Source: Octopus sinensis
Lineage: Eukaryota
Direction: 5' to 3'
Assembly (NCBI RefSeq): GCF_006345805.1
Contig: NW_021824869.1
Coordinates: 1 to 17,390 of the forward strand
DNA: 17,390 nt
In this document: positions 1-9,825 of the stretch, in pieces
Numbering within the stretch: the first letter of the stretch is position 1
Layout: each line of letters begins with the position of its first letter
Notes under the pieces: generated by a model
Database searches by the model: none
Seen by the model: the letters and a program-made list of their open reading frames with translations, nothing else
Told to the model about the DNA's origin: nothing
Made by a program: the position numbers and the translations under genes

Positions 1-2832
1 AGAAAATACTGATCAATTCATCAATGAAGGATGTACCTATCCCCCTACCAAGACCATTACACTAAAGAACCTAATTTATAGAATGAATGAATCATCCACA
101 GGATCAGATGAGGATTTTCCACCATGAGAACTATAATAATAAAAATAAACCAACAACACACTGAGGAAACGATCCGTAATAGAATTGGAAGCACCTATGA
201 AGAAATATTAAAACTAACAGCACTACATTTAAATCTAGGAAGTCTCCTCCACCAAATATCCATCTAGACAATTTTGAACAAGAACTATGGGAGACTGTAC
301 AAAAACATAAAATTAGAAATCATCCGTTAAGATATAACCAGCACCAAAGAGAATTGAAAGACTTAATTAGACTCTCAAAGGTAAGAGCAGCATTCTAAAC
401 ACATTCTGACAAACCCAACCACATCTACAACATTGACATTACTACTGCATATCATGATCTTCTACACAAGGAATAACCAAGAAATACAAGTAGTACCTTC
501 TAGTACACTTAGAAAACTGAACCTGGAGATCGAGAGAAATCATATTTTGACTACTACCTAGAAGAAAAAAAACGGAACCCTACACCCCATCTAGACCGAG
601 AATTACACTAAAGGATCATAAAGAGAATTTTCTTGGAACACACACAGGTCAGATTAATTTCCCCACTAAATCTGACTTAGGCAGCTAAGTAAACTCATTC
701 TGGATAATACTACCCACCATCGCATAAAATCAAACTAACCTTTGGAAGACACTCAGGGTGCTTTGGATTGGTTTTTCTGCCATCAAGGTCTGTGACAAGT
801 AACAACTTTAAGCTATACTAGAAATAATTTATACAATTCGATATACAGAATTATTACACTTCCATTAACCCTATTATATTAAATAAGTCCTTAATTTTTT
901 GCTAGAAAACACACTAAATTAAGTATGGGGGAGATTAAGGTTTACTAACAGCCAGGAAACTTTAATAGAGTTTTATAATAAACTTTGGGCTAGAAAGACA
1001 CACCCAACTTGTTCGATATCACAATGGGATCGCCGGACTCAGCGGAGGTGACTGATCTAGTTGGATGTATCTATTAGATAACTTGAGTAGGGAATTCCCC
1101 TGAATTAAAGGTGGATTATACAGGGATGACCCTTATTTTGTGTTAGGAATAATCATCAAATAGGAGATTAGATCTTCTGAAAAAGAATCAATAAATTTTT
1201 TAAAGCTTCGGCCTATCCATTATCATTGAAAGTGAAATTATTCTGCTAATTATTTAGATGTTAATTGTAATATTACTAATGGTTTACACATGAACCCTAT
1301 ATTAAACCTAATTCTAACCTAATATACATTAACCGTTCAAGTAATACCCCCCCCCCTCAAATTAAAAATGCACTACTAGTGAGGAGCATTAGTCGAGAAT
1401 TTCTAGTTTTATCCTCAAACGAGGAAATTTTTACAACACTTGTGACGACAATGCAGCTTGCTTTAGGCAGGATATAAAAGTAAGTTTTTGGTTTATACCT
1501 AAGGGGAACCCCCCTAATGGAGGTAGAACTATCAGAACAACAACAAATAGATTTAGGATATTCAACAATATACATAAGAATTGTAAAAATGGAATATATG
1601 ATAACACCTATAATAAATGTGGAAGTGATGTTAACCTTGGAAAGTTGAACGGTTGCTCAAATAGATATAAACATACGGGTAATAGTAGGATATTAATTAA
1701 TATACGAATTAAAACTTATGGTGACATTATAATGGTAAAGTTTACTTTCGCAATACCCATGGGTAATATTGATATAGATAAATATAACAATGACAGTGGT
1801 AGAATAGTAATCCTATGAGTTGGTCTACAATAGGATTTTTACAAATAACATTAATTCTATAGGCAATCCTAATTCTGATAAGGATACTCTTTGGTTGATT
1901 ATCCCATATGCAATGCAGATTAAAACAAACATAGTGAGAGCTTTGCATAATGTTATTTTTAGGCATTTTGGTAAGGATAAGAATAAATTTAGTCCTTAAT
2001 TAACAACGGTACTGTTAGAGTGGGATATAGCATTACTCATAATCTAGCCACCATTATCTCCCTCTTTTAATAACAAGAAACTGGATCACTTCTTCTATAA
2101 GGATAGAAATAAATTTTAGACCAGGAAAACTTGCCCCTCTTCATTATAATAGGAATAGAATAGAAACTTCTTGGAACAAATGGGAACAACCTCCTTACTA
2201 AAATGAGTGCACCATACATGTCAGAGATAATATAAATGAAATAGATCATACTACTACTACCAATACTAGTACTAGTGATAGGAATATAGCCGATAAGTGA
2301 AATTAACTCATTCGTTGTTTTTGGGTTTGGATGATGATAACAATTGTAACACTTATAATGTGAATAGTAGTATAGGGGTGTTGTTCCAATTTCAGATTTC
2401 CTCATTCTGTTATCTTTGTAATTGCAGAAATAAAAATAAATTGGTATTTGGTAATCAATGCCTCAGGAAGGAGGTAGTTTACCAATGCACTGTAGATACA
2501 CAATTGAGTAGTAGGGTGTTATATCGGGGCAACTATGAATAGCATAAAACAAAGATGGAATTATCACAGATATACTTTTAGGAATAAAATAGAATGTACT
2601 CTACAGGGCTAAGTGCATACATTTGGGAGCTTAAAAATAAGAACTTAGATTTTATATTAAACTGGAAAATACTAACTTCAGCACCTGGTTATAATGGAAA
2701 AAATAAAAATGCTCTCTATGTATTAATGAAATTTTCTTCATTATTAAAGCGGGTCGGCAAATTAACAACATTATGAAAAAAACTTCTTTTGTATTCATAG
2801 GCTACCGTTTCACCTTTTCTAGATTCAAATAG
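1..2832 (+). pseudogene. PLE polyprotein remnant: reverse transcriptase + C-terminal GIY-YIG endonuclease, many frameshifts
   Basis: Manual translation across frames: SMKDVPIP (~21), FKSRKSPP (~228), SDKPNHIY (~405, the DK motif), LKDHKENF (~608), PTKSDLG (~663), FDITMGSPDSAEVTDLVG (1012-1065), GLYRDD (YRDD 1119-1130), YLDV, PYIKPNSNLIYINRSSN, LSSNEEIF, WLIIPYAMQIKTNI (from 1892), CNCRNKNKLVFGNQC (2417-2461), VVY (2474-2482), YIG (2520-2528), STGLSAYIWELK, CSLC (2710-2721), CIH (2790-2798). End coordinate approximate. Confidence 0.93.
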
Positions 2833-4548
2833 AACTTAGCACTTCACTTTATTATTAATTTTTTAACTCCCTTCTTTACTAAAATATACCTGTGTCTTCT
2901 ATAATTCTAAAGTATACAAATTATATATTTTATTTTATAATTTTATAATTTTGTAGCTACATTTGTACAATAATTATGGATGTGTCTAGTATTATTGGTT
3001 TCTTGTTTTTTGTATGTGGGTTTTTTGTTTGTTTTTTAAGAGAATTGCAATATGACATAAAATAAATATTCATTTTGGTACTTGCCTTGTAATGTGTGAT
3101 TTTTGAAGTTTTTCCAATATTGCATAGTATTGCATAGATATATATATATCTTGGGTAGATACCTAGCTCTGGATAATGTAATGATATTGTATAATATGTA
3201 ATATATGAGAGCTTTTGTGAGTTTGGTGGGTTTAGGTTGAGATTATAGGTTTTTTGTATGTGTTTATTTGGAAGGTTTTTATTGTATATTTGGTCTTTTT
3301 TTGTACTCACCTTAATTTGTATCTTATGCTATTCACTGATAAACCTTTTTCATTTTTTTTCATTTTCTCATTTACATACATTATGCTTTATAATTATTAC
3401 CAGCCTCATATATTTAGTTTATATCTATACTCTGGATCTGTACTTTAAACTATCCTTCCATACATATTTACTTTCAACAATATAACATATATATTCACTC
3501 TATTTATTATTTTTTATTTATTTTCCATTTTATTGTAATATTATCAATTTTTGCATCTAGTCTCTATTTTTATTTATTGCCTATTTAAGTGTAGATGTTT
3601 ACATACATATCAAGTCATCTAATTTGCTACCTATTTATTTTTTACTTATTTACTTATACTGGGGTAGTTTTATATTTATACATACATATCTATCATTATT
3701 TTTATTTAATTTTAATAATATATGAATACATATATACTGGTTTGTACTTATAATTATGTGTATAACCGTATTTATTCCTTCGTATTTATTCCTTCTTATT
3801 TATTTTATCTCTTTTCATCTTAAGTTATAATATAAAATTTATTTAAAATTTCTATGATGTTCTCATAAGCGTTACATTAATAATACTTCCCTTCTATTCT
3901 TAATGCCTAAACTGGTATATTATGGCACTAATTTATTAAGTTAATAAGTGACTTATTTATAATATTTAAATTAATATATATTTTATATTTTATATTTATA
4001 ATTAGCGTACTTAAAACCATAACAAACTCACGATAAATCTAACAACCGTTATGTTTACTCTGCAACAAACCGGTGTTATAAATTTTAAGTTACCCATGTA
4101 ATAAGTATCTGACTTAGTAATATACTGATATTTAAAAATATATTTATATCTAAATTAAATATTTTATGGAATGCATGGTGGTTCTTTTTTATTATTGAGG
4201 CACACAATTATAATTTTGAAGGACTAAATTGTAGCATAGTTGCTTCCCTTTTGTTTATCTATGTGCTAGTGTTTGCTTGTAATTATGTATGTGTATAAGT
4301 GTATGCATATACATATTACTATGGTGTATGTGCGATTGATCTGTAGATGCGTGTGTGAATATTGGCGTTCCCTGACTAACCAACCGTATAATTTTCTTTT
4401 GTAATTTAAATTTCAAACCAAAGCCAATCGAATTAATCTATATTTTCTTTACCTAGTGGTCAGCATTTTTCTTAACTCATAGTTATTTCGATCTTGTAAG
4501 GATGGACTTGGTGCTAACTTAACTGTATCTATTTTTTATTATATTTTT

Positions 4549-4579
<31 letters not shown>

Positions 4580-4600
4580 TATTATTTTATTATTATTATT
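4549..4600. repeat. Short (ATT)n microsatellite
   Basis: attattattatt runs visible directly. Confidence 0.8.
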
Positions 4601-4950
4601 AATAGTAATTTTTATTACTTTTATAGCTTTAGAATCTTATGAACTGTACCACGGATTTAATTTTTATTTTTCTTTCCATATATGTTAGCCTTTTTTTTTT
4701 TATATATATAAAAAAAACTATTAGCCAATATGTATAATATCGGTACTTATTGATATTAATATATACACTATTATATATTTTGTTTTATTTGTTTGTTTAC
4801 CTTCCTTTTTTGTACAAATGTGTATTGTTTATATTATATAAGTGTAGCTTTATGATGTATAAGTTTTATATTTTACATTTTTATATTTTTATATTTATAT
4901 GTATATGATTGTATAATATCTTTCACTATTATAACAAATTATTTATTTAA

Positions 4951-5062
4951 TTCTCTGAAGAGGCCGTGGGGCATCCTTGTAATGCCTCATTTATACCTGC
5001 CTTTATGGCTTATAGTTTTAAATGAGGTATGACTGTCCTCACTGCCGAAACAGCTGTCAGTT
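4951..5062 (+). ncRNA. Type I hammerhead ribozyme motif with an 85-nt stem II (PLE-associated)
   Basis: Core CTGAAGA 4955-4961; stem II closed by GGC(4962-4964)/GCC(5044-5046), with GTGGGGCA/TGTCCTCAC and ATGCCTCATTTA(4982-4993)/TAAATGAGGTAT(5019-5030); GAAA 5047-5050; palindromic stem III ACAGCTGT 5050-5057; GUC cleavage triplet ending at 5058. Stem I is weak in this copy (CT/AG, then two mismatches). Confidence 0.8.
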
Positions 5063-5262
5063 TTGATTTATTTGCATATTATATTTGAAAAATTTTTACT
5101 TATATCTCTTTATCTTTTTACTATTACTGTATATCTCATTTCATTTTATGTATGCCTTTACTCATATGTAATGGTGTGTATTAAAGTATGGATTGAGTAT
5201 CATCGGATAGTTGATGTTTTACTGATTTAAGTATATTTCTCCATTCTCTAATTTTGTAGTTA

Positions 5263-5294
<32 letters not shown>

Positions 5295-5494
5295 CATATA
5301 TATATATATATACCATATATATATATATACATATATACACATATATATACATATAACAACATATATATATATATACACATAATATATTATATATATATAT
5401 TATATATATATATATACACATATATATATATACGCATCTATATATATATATATATATATATACATTATCTATATATATATACATCTATATACAT

Positions 5495-5553
<59 letters not shown>

Positions 5554-5564
5554 CATATATATAG

Positions 5565-5605
<41 letters not shown>

Positions 5606-5680
5606 ATATATATATAATACATATATATATATAATATACATATATATATTATACTATATATATATATATATTATGACTAT

Positions 5681-5711
<31 letters not shown>

Positions 5712-5733
5712 TATACATATATATATATACAAT

Positions 5734-5767
<34 letters not shown>

Positions 5768-5800
5768 CATATATATTATATATACATAATATATATATAC

Positions 5801-5842
<42 letters not shown>

Positions 5843-5854
5843 TATATATAATAC

Positions 5855-5901
<47 letters not shown>

Positions 5902-6857
5902 CATATATATATATATAATTATATATATATAACTATATATACATATATATAATATACATATATTACTATATACATATATATATATATAACATACATATAT
6001 ATATATATATACATATATTAAATATATAATATATATATATATCATATATACATATATACATATATATATATATATACATAATACTATATATATATATATA
6101 ACATTATATATATATTACATATACATATATATATACAATATATATATATAATACATATTATATATATATACATATACATATATATATATACATAATATAA
6201 TATATTATATATATATATATATATATACATATATAATAATATACATATACATATATATACTTATATATATATACTATATATATATATATATACATAATAT
6301 ATAATATATACATACATATATATATATATATTATATATACATATATATATATATATATTATACATATATAATTAATATATTATAATATATAATATATATA
6401 TACTATATATACATACATATATAATATATATATATACATACATATATATATATATTATACATACATATATATATTATATATATATATTAATATATATTAT
6501 TATATATATACATATATATATATATACATAACATATATATAATATACATATACATATATATATATATACATATATATATATATTACATATATAATATTAT
6601 ACCTATAATACATATATATATAATATACAATATATATATATATATATATAATATACATATATATATATATATCTATATACATATATATATATTATATTAT
6701 ACTATATATATATTACATATACATATATATATTTTAATACAATATATATATACATATAATCATATACATTATATATATATACATATATATATATTACATT
6801 ATCATATTATATATAAATATATCATATATATATACATATAGATATATACATACATAT

Positions 6858-6890
<33 letters not shown>

Positions 6891-7074
6891 TATATATGTA
6901 ATATACATATATATATATACATATATATATATATACATATATATATAATATATATATATATAAATATCATATAATATACATATATATATATATATACAAT
7001 ATATATATATACATATATATATATATACATTATATATATATATACATATAATATATAACATATATATATATAAC

Positions 7075-7106
<32 letters not shown>

Positions 7107-7254
7107 TAATATATATATATACAATATATATATATATATATACATTATATATTATATATATTATATACAATAATATACATATATATATATATATATATAT
7201 AACATATATATATATATATATATATTACATATTATACATATATATATATATATA
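5263..7254. repeat. ~2 kb degenerate (TA)n/(TATACA)n microsatellite
   Basis: Direct inspection; the Y/I/M/C-rich ORFs here are artefacts. Confidence 0.98.
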
Positions 7255-7264
7255 CAAGATGGCG
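7255..7264 (+). promoter_or_regulatory. YY1-type motif CAAGATGGCG at the first non-TA bases
   Basis: Matches the YY1 consensus AAGATGGCG; its position parallels the YY1 site near the 5' end of mammalian L1. Function untested. Confidence 0.45.
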
Positions 7265-7710
7265 CTGAACTAACAACAAGTGTGTTAACGTGTCTCTCCT
7301 AAATATTAAGAAGTCCTTCCAGAGATCGATGTTATCAGAAGCGAAATTGTCTGCAAAGCGAATATAAGTGATAGTACAACAAGTCACTGTATTTGAGAAG
7401 AATATTTTCGCTTTTGATGTAGTATTTGCAACTAGAACATACTCGCGAATACACGTGTTAAAACGCACGTGTGTTACTTCCCGAAATCGAAGTGAATTTT
7501 ATTCTTCGTCTGTGAATCAACAAGACACAGTATTTTTGAGAAGGATATTTTCGTTTTGATGTATATCTGCGTGTTCTGAAAAAAGCCTCTGAAAAATTTG
7601 CTGCTTAATACCAAATCGCTTAGGAAAATATAGAAAGTATCGTGAAACTGTTGCATGTGCTAAATCGAAACTCAAACCCCTTTTGTTTACAAAGTGCGCT
7701 TGGGGAGGAA

Positions 7711-7718
7711 TATAAAAG
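7711..7718 (+). promoter_or_regulatory. Candidate TATA box TATAAAAG
   Basis: Consensus match; a second TATAAAAA at ~7748. Chance matches are plausible in AT-rich DNA. Confidence 0.25.
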
Positions 7719-7806
7719 GTCTGTCTTGTCTATCTATCTTCCTTTCTTATAAAAAGGAATCACGTAAGTACTCTCTCTCAGCCGGTAAGGTAAGATATTA
7801 TTTATC

Positions 7807-8099
7807 TTGTTATCATTAGTGTTCTTTCAAACAGAAAATAATTAAAAAAAAAAAAAAAAAAGATATAAAAATACGCGGTATTCTATCTTTATAATCTTTA
7901 TAATTTCGTGCCTGCCACGCACTCTCTCTTTCTCTTTTTTACATTTCTATTTCTATCTCTCTCATACATTTTTATTATTTGTTATCATTAGTGTTCTTTC
8001 AAACAGAAAATAATAAAAAAGATATAAAAATACGCGCTATTCTATCTTTATAATCTCTCCCTCTCTTTCTTACATTTCTATTTCTATCTCTCTCATACA
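7807..8099 (+). repeat. Imperfect tandem duplication (7807-7968 and 7979-8099)
   Basis: Both copies read TTGTTATCATTAGTGTTCTTTCAAACAGAAAATAA(A)nGATATAAAAATACGCG.TATTCTATCTTTATAATCT...TTACATTTCTATTTCTATCTCTCTCATACA; they differ in A-run length and by a ~30-nt indel. Confidence 0.9.
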
Positions 8100-8920
8100 G
8101 TTTATACCTTATCTGTCTCCCCATCCACCAGACCCTCTATTTCCGCTCTCACTCTCCCTCCTCCCTCTCTCTCCCTCTGCAATCGTTTCTCTTTCTGCAT
8201 CTCTCTCAGATCAACTTTCTCTCACCTCACCCCCTCTCTCAGTTCCTCAACTTCACTCATTCTCTCTTGTATCTATATACCGCCCTCTTTCTCTCTCTCT
8301 CTCTGTACTCCCCCTCCCTCTCTCTGCCTCTTTCCTCTCCGCTCCTTCACAGGTCAAACCCTTTTCCTCTTCCCCTTCTGTCCCCTTATTCTTTCTCTAC
8401 ACCACCCTCCCTGTCCCTTTACTACACTCTGTTGCCCCCCCTCTTCCTCTTCCCCCCTTTTTTCTTCCTACCTTCCTCTCCCTGTTCCCTCTAAGGCTCA
8501 CCACCCCCTGTCTCTTTTTTCCTCTCTCTGTCTCCTTCCTCCACACCACCCTCTCTGTCCCTTTACTTCACTCCCTGGTACCTCTATCCTGCCCTCTCTC
8601 TCTCTCCCTCTCCATTTCATCTCTCTCTTCCTCTCCATTTTATCTCTCCGCCTTTCTTCTCCCTGCCCCCCCTAGGGTCCACCCTCTTGTCTCACTTTTC
8701 CACCCTGTCCCTTTCTACTACACCTCTATCCCGCTCACTCTCCCCCTGCTGACCTGCCATTCTCTCACCTTTCTCTTTTTCCCTCTTATTTTCTCTCTTT
8801 CTCTCTTCTCTCAGGAAAATCCCCTCGTCTCTCTCTCTATCCCCCCCTGGCTTTTCTCCTTTCTCTTCTCCCTCTCCATATCTCTCCTTCTCTATCTCTC
8901 TCTCTGTTCCTATATTTCAC
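8100..8920 (+). repeat. ~0.8 kb polypyrimidine (CT-rich) low-complexity tract with degenerate internal repeats
   Basis: Almost all C/T on +; recurring motifs such as CTGTCCCTTT and CCTCTATCC. Confidence 0.9.
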
Positions 8921-8929
8921 TAGAAGAAA

Positions 8930-9825
8930 ATGGCAAGAAACTGGTCTGCGAGAGAGGTGCAATTGTTCGTCCGCGCTTGGAAGATCGCTGAGGACGACTC
9001 GCCGAACGACATTATTGCTGCGGCGCTGAAAAGCAACAATTTTCGAGAACCACCGCCCAGATAGAGCGAAAGAAGAGAGAAGTTATCCGTTCGTACGCTC
9101 TAATCAGGCAACATATGGACACCCTGGACATCATCCTGGGAGGTGACGGCAGCAGGGAGGGCCAAAAGGATGAGGAAAGCATCCAGAGCCAAATGGAGAA
9201 GCCTGGAACACAGGGAAACGATGACACATGTCCAGCTTCCAACACCACAACTGAAGACCAAAGAGGTGCGATGGCCGCAAGAAAGGAAAGGCACCCTGGA
9301 ATTGATGGGAAGCAGGAGGTAAAGGGTGACAGAATCAAGGCTAAAGGAAGCCCTGTCCAGAGAAAGCAGAGGGACCCCAGCAAAAACTGTAAGGGCAGGG
9401 AAAGAAACACCTGCAAATTCTACCTGAGGGGGGACTGCTGGTACGGCGTTGAAGGTGCAAACTGTCGCTTTGCACATCGGAGGCCCTACCAAAACCGCAC
9501 GGACGCGAGACAGAGGTCCCTCCCTCAGGGAGAACAAAAACAAAAAGTTAAAAGAAGGGAAAAAAGCGCACTGACCACTACTGAAAGACGGTATGCAGAT
9601 GTGGTGCGCGGAAACCCAACAGGTGGCCAGCTTCACCCAGATGTGAGAAGGGCGGCAGCTGAACAGCAGTCTTTTTTGTGCATGGCACAAAAAATTGTTC
9701 AGCAGCTGACCTGGCTACAAGCACAAAGCTGGAACTACCACCACATAAGGCCACCTCCAACAGATGCAGGATGGCCACCACAGACACCAACACCAACACA
9801 CACACCACAAAAATATTTCTACTGA
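8930..9825 (+). CDS. LINE ORF1 protein: N-terminal Myb/SANT-like (trihelix-type) domain + CCCH zinc finger; one 1-nt frameshift near 9043
   Basis: ATG 8930 in AAAATGG context gives MARNWSAREVQLFVRAWKIAEDDSPNDIIAAALKSNNF; restoring one base in the T run continues as RTTAQIERKKREVIRSYALIRQH into the listed 9115-9825 ORF, which contains CKFYLRGDCWYGVEGANCRFAH (C-x7-C-x8-C-x3-H). Confidence 0.75.

Larger units (their letters stand above)
1..5262 (+). mobile_element. Penelope-like retroelement (PLE), Naiad-like, degenerate; 5' end lies outside the window
   Basis: RT and GIY-YIG motifs in order over 1-2832, then an AT-rich trailer and a hammerhead motif at 4955-5058, as expected for a PLE 3' pseudo-LTR; ends at the (TA)n tract. 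Assigning 2833-5262 to the same element is inference from continuity and the ribozyme. Confidence 0.8.

Noticed and set aside
2417-2800. Selenocysteine-encoding PLE
   Set aside because: No TGA at the conserved Cys positions that I can read, and no SECIS identified by eye.
2957-3485. ORFs of 64-117 aa in the PLE trailer, and 8267-8494 in the CT tract
   Set aside because: Compositionally biased low-complexity translations with no motifs.
5181-7145. Many minus-strand ORFs rich in Y/I/M/C/V (also 12862-13353, 14620-15694, 16838-17225)
   Set aside because: Translations of (TA)n/(TG)n microsatellite; no coding signal.
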